Origin: Macrostomum lignano
Taxonomy: Eukaryota
Direction of reading: 5' to 3'
DNA: 64,000 nucleotides
Assembly (NCBI GenBank): GCA_002269645.1
Contig: NIVC01001811.1
Coordinates: 186,001-250,000, forward strand
Part shown: positions 13,553 through 31,580 of the stretch, in pieces
Layout: every line of letters starts with the position of its first letter
Position numbering within the stretch: position 1 is the stretch's first letter
Program-made: the position numbers and the translations under genes
Notes under the pieces: model-generated
What the model was told of the DNA's origin: nothing
Databases searched by the model: none
Seen by the model: only the letters and a program-made list of their open reading frames with translations

Positions 13553-14735
13553 ATGAAAAGGATTCGACTGTCGACTCTGCCCTGCCTCCTGCTGCTCAGC
13601 TGCCTGCTGGCGGCGACTTCAAGCGCCAAGGTGCTGTCGAACTTCGCCGCGGTCAAGACCCGACGCTGCCCCACCGCAGCCGCCTCTCCGCTGCCGCACC
13701 GCCTGGCCAGCAAGCTGCAGTGCGCCGCCGCCTGCTCCCGACTGCCCACCTGCAACGCATTCCACTTCGACATCGCCACCCGCCTGTGTTACCATGGAGA
13801 CGCGTGTTCCCAACTCGAACAATGGACTGACGGCGACTGCGACTCTTACAAGTACACCGATGTGCTGTGCGGAGACTGCGGTGAGCGGCTCAGTGGCTGC
13901 TGTCTTGTCAATTAATCTGTATCGCTCCAATGAAGTCATTTGCTTTGTTTAAATAGATTATGCATTTATCACTGCAGAGTCTTCTGAGCCCTTGGTGAAA
14001 CAGCTCAAGCTGAAGCTGTTCTACAAGTTCTCTCGGAGCGGTCTGAAGAATGAGGTCAACCGGAGACTGTCCTGTCTCAGGGCTCACGACGTGACAATTG
14101 ATGCAGCTGGTGCTCACTTCAAGGGCAACACGAGCTCCTACTTGAGCACTGAGACTCCCGGTTTTGAGAAGCTTCTGGGAGTCGGTTCCACCTACTCGAC
14201 TTTTGCGCAGGTTCGGCACGCCATGACTAAGGATGAGTGAGTTGAAACTGTCTGTGATGCTTTGAAACCGCTGCTCACCTTCTAGCCGCGCCTCTACCGC
14301 TGCACAAGCAGGTATCAGTACTACAGCCGGTTCCAAGAGTGCTCAGGAACCAACATCGGCAGCTCTCTGATCAAGCGCTCAGAGTATTTCTACGGTTTCG
14401 CCTGGCTGTCCAGCGGCGGCGGGAGTGTCGGCGAGAGAATTTTCGGATTTTCGTCTTTTTTTCTACCGACTGATGGCTCGGTGCGTCTCCTGTCGGCTGG
14501 AGTCACCTTCAACGGGCTGGAGCAGAAGCACATGTATCAGAACGGCACGCTGGTTGCGACGTCTTCGTTTAGTAAAAGTTCTTTGAATTCTTCAGCGGCG
14601 TCCTTTCAGTGCCTGCGACTCGGATTCGGGCCCGCAAGTGACAGATGTCTGAGCGGCACAATGAGTTGCTTTGCACTGAGCAGTGAGATGCTCAACGAGT
14701 CTGAGTTTCGGCTGCTCCAGCAGCTCTGCTACTGA
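13553..14735 (+). CDS. Secreted PAN/Apple + LamG(ConA-like) protein, copy B, 336 aa
   Basis: Exons 13553-13880, 13978-14236 and 14312-14735 (phases 1 and 2, GTGAG donors, CAG acceptors). Hydrophobic leader; PAN pattern CAAACSRLPTCNAFHFDIATRLC; LamG-like pattern LFYKF...HFKGNTSSY...STFAQV...AGVTFN...HMYQNG...LRLG...LSGTMSCF...ML.ESEF..L. Confidence 0.85.
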
Positions 14736-15003
14736 TTGTGATACAATGATAGCAAACAGGTTTCGAAAAACAATTGAAACTGAAATGTGACGAAATTCGA
14801 CACTTATAGTACTTCAAATTAGTTAGGCAACAGGCATTGAAGGATTTTAACAAATAAAACATTGAGTATATTTGTTCCTCAATTGTGTGCTCTGCTAGAT
14901 TCTTTTTACACAAGTGCGACTTCATTTCCGTGCCAATATAAAATTTGAGCATTTAGTAAACACTGGTGCATGGGACTACATGTATAGTAGACTGTCTCCT
15001 CTA

Positions 15004-15735
15004 CAGGTGTTGGCGAACTGCGGCCCTCAGATCCTCTCCCCTCTCTCTTCTCCCCTTTTCTCTCATCTTTTCTCTTATATCTCTTCTCTCATCCCATCTC
15101 TCGCCTCTCCTTTCCCCTCTCTCTCTCATTTAGCCCGCAGCCATGAGCTGGATTCTTTATCTATTCCTTAAGATCACAATGTTTGAAAAAGTTCTTTTAA
15201 TATGCGTTATTCAGATTAATAATTTATTAATACGTGTTTGAAATTAATATTGCGTTGAATTTTTCATAGATAACCCAATTGTTAACGTTTCCCACAAAAA
15301 GGAAGAACAAAACAAAATAAAAATTGATAGTAGCAACTGTCATTTGAGTCGGTAAATAAAGTGGTGAATAGGGCCGCTATCGCTGTCTATCACCATCCTA
15401 GAGGCGCCATCGCTAAGTTTGATAATTGGTGAGAGTGTAAACCAGCAGTAGGAAAACTTTTCTTCCTTAAGGTGCAGGCCAGATAAAGAATCGATCTCAT
15501 GGCTGCGGGCCAGATGAGATAGGAAAGGAGAGATATTGGATGAGAGAAGAGATATGAGGAGAGAAAAGGGCAGAGAAAAGAGCCAGGAATAGAGGAGAGT
15601 AGAGAAGAGAAAGACACCTGAGAAGAGGCACAAACCTACAATGAGCGGGCCAGATTGCTATATAGTGTGAAGTTTCAAAACAGCCGAGGGCCGGATAGAG
15701 AGGCTTCCACGGACCGGGAGTTTGCCGACCCCTTG
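15004..15735. mobile_element. Non-autonomous hAT(Charlie)-like element with long imperfect inverted arms
   Basis: Left end CAGGTGTTGGCGAACTGCGGCCC; right end reverse-complements to CAAGGGGTCGGCAAACT...CGGCCCTC. Internal arms ~15040-15165 and ~15480-15610 are inverted copies. No matching 8-bp TSD seen. Confidence 0.5.
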
Positions 15736-15780
15736 TTGGTGTAAAAGAACCTCTACGATCCTAGCTTTCAACAGCCATTT

Positions 15781-16143
15781 TTTTATTAGAGGCAGGGGGG
15801 CTGTGTGCACCCTGGCGCAATTTAAGCGTCATTGGCACACAACCGGCGAGATGCATTACTGCCCATTCCGCCGACTCCCCTGAGCAGGCATACAAGCGCG
15901 CGGATACGTACGCAGGCACACACTCACACAGGAGTGTACAGCGGCCCTAACTTTATCAATTGTTAGGCATGTACACTTCACTGCGCCTTGGTGGGGGGGG
16001 GGTTGGCTCTCAAGGCCGTTAATTACACAAGCGAGCCAAGCCAAGATTCCAATCCAGCCCCAAATTAATGTGGCTGCACTTGGAATCGAGCCTGGGTCGC
16101 TGGCACACCAGAGCAGCTGCGCTACCGCTGGGCTACGGCCCCC
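15781..16143 (-). mobile_element. tRNA-derived SINE (family 1) with 12-bp TSD
   Basis: Head with A box TAGCCCAGCGG and B box GGCTCGATTCC; A-rich tail; caacagccattt duplicated at 15769-15780 and 16144-16155; second copy at ~48376-48628. Confidence 0.8.
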
Positions 16144-16187
16144 CAACAGCCATTTACAACTGCAGTAGAACGCTACGCTCGAAGTTG

Positions 16188-16426
16188 TTAGAAATGAACT
16201 GAAGACCGGTATGAAGAAATGTATAATCCATAGAAATAAAGGCTTTCCGTGACAATATTTGCGTTCTCCGGGATTTTATTTGCCAATATTCAATAATGTC
16301 CCGTAAAATCTTTTTGACTATATGAGATAAGGCATGCCTTTTTCGGCAGCTATTTTATAAATCCCTCGTGCCTTCAGCCCTCGTGATTTACGCATTCGTT
16401 CATACCGGTCTTCAGTTCATTTCTAA
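16188..16426. mobile_element. MITE with perfect 28-bp terminal inverted repeats
   Basis: ttagaaatgaactgaagaccggtatgaa at 16188-16215 and its exact reverse complement at 16399-16426. Confidence 0.75.
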
Positions 16427-16789
16427 GAAACTCATATTTCAACCATAGGTTGAAAAAACGATTTATTGAGAGCATAATAAATAATGGTATATTCTTCTGC
16501 AGTCGGGATGCTTGATATTGTATTATCAAGCACACAATATCACTCTTGTCTCACTCTTGTCCATACATGCGCAACCCCCAAAATTTTGTCGGCCATGCGA
16601 CTTAGTTTTAACAAAAATGCGACTGACATGTAAAAAACCCTAAAGCAAAATTGACGAAACTTTGGATAAACGGCAGAAGTAACTATAACTGTCTTATTAA
16701 GTCAAAATGCCAGGAATTTCAATTGGGGGGGGGGGCCCGGGGGCGGGTTGGCCTGGCTGGCCATGCCTTATGTCATTGCCACTTTTGGC

Positions 16790-17155
16790 GCCTCAGGCAC
16801 TCATTTTAGCGCCGCAGGCACTCATTTTAGCGCCGCAGGCACTCATTTTGGCGTCGCAGGCACTCATTTTGGCGCCCCAGGCACTCATTTTAGCGCCGCA
16901 GGCACTCATTTTAATGCCGCAGGCACTCATTTTGGCGCCGCAGGCACTCATATTAATGCCCCAGGCACTCATTTTAGCGCCGCAGGCACACATATTAATG
17001 CCGCAAGCACTCATTTTAGCGCCGCAGGCACTCATTTTAGCGCCACAGGCACTCATTTTGGCGCCGCAGGCACGCATTTTAGCGCCGCAGGCACTCATTT
17101 TAGCGCCGCAGGCACATTTTGGCGCCGCAGGCACTCATTTTGGCGCCGCAGGCAC
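16790..17155. repeat. 21-bp minisatellite
   Basis: Tandem ggcactcattttagcgccgca; the ORFs over it are repeat artefacts. Confidence 0.93.
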
Positions 17156-17736
17156 GCAATTGCCTACAGGTTTTTGGTATCCGCCGCGCCCAACCCCACC
17201 CCCAGGCGATTAAGGGGTTGACTACGCCACTGGGGTGTACAGTGCACAGGGAATCACCAACGGAAGTTGAAACTATAGTCTAACCAATCTAATCTCTCCC
17301 CATGAACTGTGCTTGCGCAATGCTAAAAGCACCAGTAATTGACGCGGCAGCGAATTCCTGATTCCATTAACTCTTGGCAGTGCAATAATAAAAAGCAAAG
17401 TCTTCATTTTCTTGCTTCGCACTACTCACTTGAAGCTTTCGTGCTTTGAATAATATTGGTCGTAATTAATCGGTCCATTCAGTCGTATTCATTTTTTTCG
17501 AGACTTGGCGGTCAGAAATCGTTTAACAGGCACATGTCAGTAAATTCCCAAATTTCTAATTGACATCAAGAAGTAGTTTCTTATTTGGAACAGGTTGTAC
17601 TGCAACTCGTGCTGATGGTTATGTTGAATCAGTAGCAGAGCTGCTTACTTACTTACTTACTACTGACGGGGGGCGCAGGCGCCGCGAATAGGCCGCGAGG
17701 CCCCTATCGCAACCCCAAGGTAAAAGAGCACAAGGA

Positions 17737-23635
<5,899 letters not shown>

Positions 23636-24788
23636 TTTTCCGGAATTTCTCCAACAAACAGCTAGTCCTTGACTCGGCTGCTGCTTTGAGCCAGCAATTA
23701 AATAGACCTACGAGTATCTGTGGCACTGCTTCGACAATGAATCAATTTGTGCTTCATAATTCAAATTCAATCAGTTAATTGTCTAGGCAACAACAACCCC
23801 GGCGCAACTCCAATCATGCTAAGTGCTCAGAATTTAGTTTTTGGTAGGTTTGGTCTTTTCCGTAATTCCTCTTTGTCCTTATTCTGATGGTCCCAATTCG
23901 TGCAATCGAAAATCGGTAACTGCTCAAGCCTGCTCAACTTTGCTTTGTTTTGCTCGAGCCCTTGGCGCTGTTTTTGAGCCTTTGAGCAGCTGCTTTAATT
24001 CATTAAATAACGCCAATCAAACGACAAACTTCCTGAGCGACAGAAGGGGCACCGCTCCTCACTTACCTGGCCCTGAAGGAGAGCAGCCATGCCCAGAGAG
24101 GGCCATGCTGACTGCTCTGAGGTCCTCAGACGGCAGCACGAGTCGAGCCATCCACAGAAAAGTTCAAAAGTTGGTCAGAGGTTTTCAGTGCAGCTGCTGC
24201 AGCGACGTTTCTGTAGTAGTGCGATAAGGCTTAAATAGATTTTGAAAACTGCAACGCAAAGCGTCAGAGAAAACGCTCGAATTGATTTCGCTTGGTCAGA
24301 CAACCAATTTGCTGTTTTTTAAACAAGCAATCAGCGTACCGAGCAGTGCAGATGAACCCGCATCGTCTGTCTAATTATTGCATCGACACTTCACCTAGGT
24401 TGATGAAACAATGAGAGAATGGGACAGCAACTGGTAAGTGTCAATCCAAAACGATTTGCGTGTAAAATTGGCACCCTGAAGAGAACACCCACGAGCCACC
24501 GACATCAGTTATAGAGGATTTGAAGCGCATGGTCTGCCCCTCCCCTTGAATTAAAGAAGACAGCATACAAATATCCAAATACTCGTACAAAATTCTATTC
24601 TCAAAACCTGCGCGTCAAGCACAATAAACACTCAAGAATGAAGCATCGCCCATTTCTGAAAAGGAATAGCTATATGGAACAGGAACCAAATTTTAAGTTA
24701 AGATAAACCAACCCGTGTCTAAAATACACTAGCTACAGGTTTTAACAAGAGAGCCGCCTTACAATTAGCTAAGGCAAACTCCATCCGA

Positions 24789-25960
24789 ATGTCAGTGCTC
24801 TGCCTCCTGCTGCTCAGCTGCCTGCTGGCGGCGACTTCAAGCGCCAAGGTGCTGTCAAACTTTGCAGCAACAAAGACCCCACGCTGCCCCACCGCGGCCG
24901 CCTCTCCGCTGCCGCACCGCCTGGCCAGCAAGCTGCAGTGCGCCACCGCCTGCTCCCGACTGCCCACCTGCAACGCATTCCACTTCGACATCGCCACCCG
25001 CCTGTGTTACCATGGAGACGCGTGTTCCCAACTCGAGCAATGGACTGACGGCGACTGCGACTCTTACAAGTACACCGATGTGCTGTGCGGAGACTGCGGT
25101 GAGCGGCTCAGCGGCTGCTGTCTTGACAATTCTGTATCGCTCCAATGAAGTCATTTGCTTTGTTTAAATAGATTATGAATTTATCACTGCAGAGTCTTCT
25201 GAGCCCCTGGTGAAACAGCTCAAGCTGAAGCTGTTCTACAAGTTCTCTCGGAGCGGTCTGAAGAATGAGGTCAACCCGAGACTGTCCTGTCTCAAGGCTC
25301 ACGACGTGACAATTGATGCAGCAGGTGCTCACTTCAAGGGCAACACGGGCTCCTACTTGAGCACTGAGACCCCCGGTTTTGAGAAGCTTCTGGACTATGG
25401 AAAGAACTACTCCTTCTTTTTGAAGTTCGCTGATGCCATGGAAGGCGTGTGAGTTGTTATAAAGAACAATTCAATAAGGTAGATTCTGATTAGTAAGGCA
25501 TTTTAAACACCTCTCTCTGCGCCACAGCAACACAATCTACCATCGCTACCAGCTATGCAAAGACGACACGAGCACTCCGGCGAACACATTCGGCCGCAGT
25601 CTCGGTGGCATCTACAACTACGCGGCCTGGACCGTTCGCTTCGATGGCGCCGGGTACCTTCGGGCGTCATCCTCAGAGCTGCTTGACACCACCGATGCTT
25701 TGCGCAGACTGTCGATTGGCGTTGTCTTCTCAGCTAAGAAACAGATGCACTTCTACTTCAACGGCGCACTGTCAATGATTGATGCGTTAAGCGGCGGGTT
25801 TTCTCCGGTGCCACGTGAGGAGTTTCACTGCCTTCGGCTGGGCTACCACAGCTTCCAGGAGAAATGCCTGAAGGGCAGCATGACCTGCTACGGTCTGACT
25901 GCAAAAGCCTTCGGATTAGCTGACTTTGCTGCGGTTGAGCGGCTGTGTGAAACCGATTGA
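24789..25960 (+). CDS. PAN/Apple-LamG family copy D, 332 aa
   Basis: Exons 24789-25098, 25193-25448 and 25528-25960, in phase with no internal stops. Confidence 0.85.
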
Positions 25961-28035
25961 GACTTGATTTAAGTTACCCAAAGCCGGTTTTCCATGGATT
26001 TCTAAGGATCTGAGGCTTAAGGCTCGTTCACTCCTCGATTAAATAAACAACGATATCAAACGTTTAATATAACAATTGTGGCCCAACAAAATTTTGCACT
26101 TTGGGTTTTGGGTGATCAGGCGCTTACAATAGGCAAGGAACGGAACCATGGGAACATCAAAAAGGATTCGGCTGGCGTCGAGATTCGGCTGTACGCATAG
26201 TAGAGGCATCTGATATGATGTGCAAGTGATGTGCAGACCTGTGCAACGAAGTGTGTAGGTTAAAAATACGTTAAAAATTAAAGTTTAAATATTTCCGGAA
26301 ACAATTAACTCTCATCGACTTTTTGCCCAGGCACAAGGGCACAGAGCTAGTCCATATACTAACTGCAGGCTGTTAGAATGCATTTGCACTCGTATTGGGC
26401 TATCCGTTAAGTAAACTCTCTCAGCAAAAACCTTCAATATTTACTGACAATTTCGCCACCAACTCTGCAGCAGTGTAAATTCGTAAAAAAACACATTTTT
26501 TACCTAATGATAATACTTTGTGCATTGTAGAGTCGCTATTAATATTGTTCACTAACTGCCATCATTAGGGCTAACGGGTTTTAAAAATTCACCAGCTCTC
26601 GAGTCCAGCATTATCTATGTGTTCAACGGCCAAAAGGACGAAACAAATCAGTCAAATCGACTTTTTTACTTTGATTTTGTACGATATACAAAGTCAATAT
26701 AGTTTTGGAATCATTCAAACCAAAGATCACTAGTTGTGGATGTATAAAGTTGATTAGTACTAACAAATTTCCGACTTTTGCTGCGAAATTTCTTGGTGAG
26801 ATAGAGAGTCCAAGGACCACCTAGAAGTTATTATTGTATCAGGACGTAACACTCATAAATATTGCTAAATTATTGGAAGTTAACCTACAGAAAGTGCATT
26901 TCTCGCTTCTTTCCCAGTCTCATCCTTTTCCCGAGAAACAACAACTTCTATGGTAATTTATCGGTTGTAGGAGGACTTAGAACTATTTATCAGTCCCCAA
27001 ACGAGGCCTGAGAAATGGTATATAGTTCTCAGTCCTGCTATAGTTCTATGTAACAAATGTACGCTCGTAGACTAAAAAACCGCAATTGCTCACGTGTATT
27101 AAGCGATGCTTGCTTTCGAAAATGCATTCTATTCGACAGATTTAGAGTTATGAGCATTTAAAGTTTAGCTGCAATGCAAACAAGCGGGACTTCAAAAGTT
27201 ACATCCGGAAACAACGAATAACTTCTAGTGGTCTTTGAGAGAGTTTATAAGAATTCAAAAGTTCACAATAGCTATTCTAATCTTTTAAACATCCGAGTAC
27301 GCGTTTTGTTTAAAGCTCGGAGTTATCTAGATCCACTACGAGCGTTGTTTGTCTGCTGCAAGTAGTATCCCTCAGGTCCTTTGACCTGTCGCTTGTTTTC
27401 CTAATACTTTTTTCCAGTCGGCCATTTATTCGTGTTTGAAAGTGTTCCAAAATGTCTGAAACTTTCTGACAAAACAGCGCTTTTTCAGACCAAGTCTTCC
27501 CCACAATCACGGAAAAGGACCAGACTCTCAATGTTTGTAAGACAGACAGCGCGTGCGTGTGTTTGCATGCGGAAATCAGAGAGCGGTGATGGAGAAAAGT
27601 GACAACACATCCGATGCCATGGGGAGCCGCAACTCCAACAGCTACATTTATGTGGCTGGGAAAGGTTTTAAGGTAAACCTGAAAATTCTGGAGCCTAGTC
27701 ATACAGTCATGTGATGCTTTTACCACCCCTTGCATAGAAAAGCGACCCTGATGCGTCCATTGTCTTCGCAACAGTGACGACTGTCTGAATGCTTGCTTTG
27801 CAAATGTTCCAGACCTGATCAACTGCCGATGTCTCTTTCAAATCAAACAAAATGGATGTAAAGAAAGCTCACTCGCTGAAAGTCGAGACTTGAGCTGACA
27901 ATCATTGCATACGGACGTTTTTCTTCACCAAACCAGATCGATATCTTTCTGACAGCTTAAAAGCATCAGTTGTGAGCCGAATTTCGCATCGCGATCAGAG
28001 TTCTCACAATGCATTGGTACAGAGTCTCGAGTTGC

Positions 28036-29254
28036 ATGGCGGTTCTGATGCTGCTATTTTTGTTGCCCTGCCTGGGCCCGGCTGCTGGCAGCCAGCTCGT
28101 GTCCTTCGTGACTGTTAAAAAGTGTCCCACCGCAGACGCCTCTCCGCTGCGGCACCGCCTGGCCAGTAAGCTGCAGTGCGCCGCCGCCTGCTCCCGACTG
28201 CCCACCTGCAACGCATTCCACTTCAACATCACCACCCGCCTGTGTTACCATGGAGACGCGTGTTCCCAACTCGAGCAATGGACTGACGGTGACTGCGACT
28301 CTTACAAGTACACCGATGTGCTGTGCGGAGACTGCGGTGAGCGGCTCAGCGGCTGCAGCTGTCTTGACAATTCTACGAGCGTATTGCTCCAATGAAGTCA
28401 TTTACTTTGTAGGAAAATTGATTATGCATTTATCACTGCAGAGTCTTCTGAGCCGCTGGTGAAACAGCTCAAGCTGAAGCTGTTCTACAAGTTCTCTCGG
28501 AGCGGTCTGAAGAATGAGGTCAACCCGAGACTGTCCTGTCTCAAGGCTCACGATGTGACAATTGATGCAGCTGGTGCTCACTTCAAGGGCAACACGAGCT
28601 CCTACTTGAGCACTGAGACTCCCGGTTTTGAGAAGCTTCTGGGCTCTGCTTCTGAGTACTCCATGTTTTTTCAAGTAAAGCACGTTTTTGATTCTAGTGG
28701 GTAAGTTTAACTGTTTAAATACTTCAAAGCATTATACTTTAGTTCTAACTTTTTTTTTTTTAAATTTTTAAAATTTTTAATTTTTAAAAAAAGCCATTGT
28801 TACATTTTAACTATGAATCATCTGCAGGCAAATTTACTACCATCGTTTCCTGCGCTGCGGGACCCAGGTGTATGCCGGAAACTTGCTTTACAAGTGGAAC
28901 AATAAATTAACTTTGCAAACAACGCATTTATTAAGCAACGGCACTGTTCTCGGTTCCTATTATTCGTCACCCTCTGTCTTGCCCACTGACGGCCTGCAGC
29001 ACCAAATGTCAACAGGATTTGCTTTTGGCGGCCTCTCTAACCAGGGATTTTTCTTGAATGACTCTGTGACTGCTGCTGACCCAATTTCATCTGACGGCCA
29101 ATATTCTCCAAGCAACTTCGGGTGTCTGCATCTTGGCCAAGGTAAGATGGATTCCAAAAGTCTTAGCGGCAGCATGAGCTGCTACGGAATGAGCACCAAG
29201 ATGCTCAGCCTGATCGAATTTGAGCAAATCCGGAAGCTGTGCGATTCGGACTAA
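28036..29254 (+). CDS. PAN/Apple-LamG family copy E, ~328 aa
   Basis: Exons 28036 (or 28009)-28336, 28442-28700 and 28828-29254, in phase. Confidence 0.85.
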
Positions 29255-29414
29255 AATGGTTTGTTACCTGGGCAAAAACGGCTCGTTGGACGTTGAATTG
29301 AACAGCTAGCAAACGCTGATGGAATTCATGAACTTAAATTTGTTCTAACGATTGCTGAGACAATGTTTTCGGGAAGAACTTCAACAAGCAGACAAATATT
29401 CACTGTTCATTATT

Positions 29415-29512
29415 TGAATATTTACTATTCACTACTCAAATATTCACTATTCAAATATTCACCACTCAAATATTCACTACTCAAATATTCGCCACTCAAA
29501 TATTCGCTATTC
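29415..29512. repeat. 15-bp minisatellite tattcactactcaaa (short allele)
   Basis: About 6 units here versus about 14 at ~35460-35675. Confidence 0.88.
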
Positions 29513-31179
29513 GAGTCTGTTGTACCAATATCAACTCTTGTAGAACCTCGTGCTTGTCCCAGCTTATAATAGCTAGATTATTCTTAAAATTGTTTTGAAA
29601 TATTTTAGTGAGTAGAAGGAATGGCGCTTTACAATTTGATTTTATGTTGAAAAAACGCAATTTTTTTAACGAAATATTTCAAACTACCGTTAAAGAGTTT
29701 CATTTATTTTCATATACCGAATTATTTATTTATTTGTTTTTCATAATTAATTGGTCAATCACTCTAAAATATACGCTCTTATTTAAACAATTATTTATCC
29801 ATAATAAGTGAGCTAACTAAGCATATTTACTAAAACAACAAACAGAGAATGTAATCTCTTTGTCAAGGCTCTCTTTGTCTTTGCAACCGTCTTTCTTATA
29901 CTTCCAAGCATCTATGAGCGTAATTATCACAATGTACACAAATCTGGCGTGACTCTGTATTGCGTAATTTTCATACGCAAGCAATCTCACGCGACTATCT
30001 AATGTCAGTTACAATGTTTTCATGGAGTACGTCTCTCGGGTTTTAATGGAAGACTACCTAGGTAAGGCCGTCCCTCGATAACATATATTTTTTATCGGCA
30101 AATACACGCATTTTTCAATACAAGTATTTTTCTCCCATTCAATTGTTTATATCTCGGAGCGCCTATCTGACTAGCTATAAACAATAACTTTAAACTGTAA
30201 ACGATCTACATATTTTGCTAAGCGGATCATGGCTTAATTATAATAATACTGGTTATACGCGTTTTTTTCTGGAGCCTTTGAGTTGGTGTTCTCACTTTCT
30301 TAAGATAGATGTCTAGCGGTCTAAGGTTCGTAAAGCTCTAATTTCTCTCATCAGGCCGTCAGAGAAAACCGTATAAACTGACGGGATCTCCTAGTATCTA
30401 AGCTGAGTTTGACTCTTTCTCGGATTTGCTCTGCGTGACAATTAAGACAAATAACTGTATTGAAGACTTAGATTTGTGCCAACTGGATAATCCAGAGGCC
30501 AATTCAAAGGGAGCAATTCGAGATCGAAAACTGCGCAAGAAAAACGAAGCGCCGCTCTAGTTTGAGATGAGCGTCTATTTATACCAATTAGCATTTTTGA
30601 CCTCCCCCGCCGCCGGTGGGGTGTCTTCGCGTGGTTAGCAACGGCGGGGGGTTTTAAGCAATAAAAATCTGGGACTCAGTCCCCTAGTTGTACATGAATT
30701 CAGTTAGTTCTAGTAGGTTGCTAAGTGTGAGGGTTAGAGATTACTCGGGGTTTCGCAAATCTATGTGTTGAGTTAGATAAAATTTGGGATAGAAAGATTA
30801 TAGAAAAAGAGCTTAATTTTCCGTCTCTTAACTCTGTCCATGAATGATTAAACAGTCCTCTGTTTCTCTCGGTTGTCAGGCAGCTTGGGGTTGATCTCGC
30901 CTTCTTGGGCAGCTTCGGGTTGAATAGGAGTCTGTAGGTGGGCCTCACGTTTTCTCCCTCAGGGTGCGCCAGAAGATGCCGCGTGCCGCGTTGTTCTCTA
31001 AGCTGGCCGCTGCTCAGTTTGCTTTTCCCAGCCGGTTTAGTCGCCATTGTGCCTGCGGCGGGGTGTCGCTACTGACTGGAATGAAAAGGGGCTTTATTAG
31101 ATTCGGCTATTCAAATTGACTTGACAGTTGAATAATTATCTTAAAGCTGCTTCTGTTCGCCTATCTAATAGCTTTCCAG

Positions 31180-31580
31180 GGGTTCCATTGTGCTCTTTTG
31201 CCTCGCCCTTCGAGGTTTCGGGGCTTGGAAAACCGAATCATCGATTACTGGACTAATCGGCCACTCGGCCGCAGTTTTGCCTACCGATGGGAGGCGAGCG
31301 ACCATCACAGCTGGATATGCTTTAACGTGTTGCACCATCGCACTTTTATTCAAAAGGCTCAACTGCATTTGTGGACCATGTTCAAGCGATGACATCAGGA
31401 AATGATTTGTCCATGTACTCTCGTTTCTTCGAATGTCTAACTCTGGGCAAGGCTGGATCTGGTAGCCAGAACCTCAACGGCACGATGCACTGCTTCGGGT
31501 TCAGCGATAAAGCGCTGAGCCTGAGCGAGTTTCAGCATCTGGATCAGCTCTGCACTAACTACTGGCTCAGCAGTAGCTAA
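31180..31580 (+). pseudogene. Orphan LamG terminal exon (exon-3 paralog) with two 1-nt deletions
   Basis: tttccag|G acceptor in phase 2; LPTDG...AGYA(F)N...FIQ(x)GS...FFECLTLG...LNGTMHCFGFSDKALSLSEF..LDQLC. No exon 1 or 2 directly upstream. Confidence 0.7.

Noticed and set aside
13553-13915. Reading the ~120-aa PAN ORFs as complete single-exon genes
   Set aside because: A GT(G/A)AGC donor at the same point in all seven copies joins in phase to two further conserved exons.
16707-17221. Three repeat ORFs (APQALIL, AAGTHFS, KMSACGA)
   Set aside because: A 21-bp minisatellite that is open in several frames at once.
30721-31047. 108-aa minus-strand ORF MATKPAGK..., identical at 36902-37228, with a nearby GC hairpin at ~30603-30652
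   Set aside because: The identity reflects the recent duplication and there is no recognisable domain. It could be a mobile-element fragment, but I cannot support a call.
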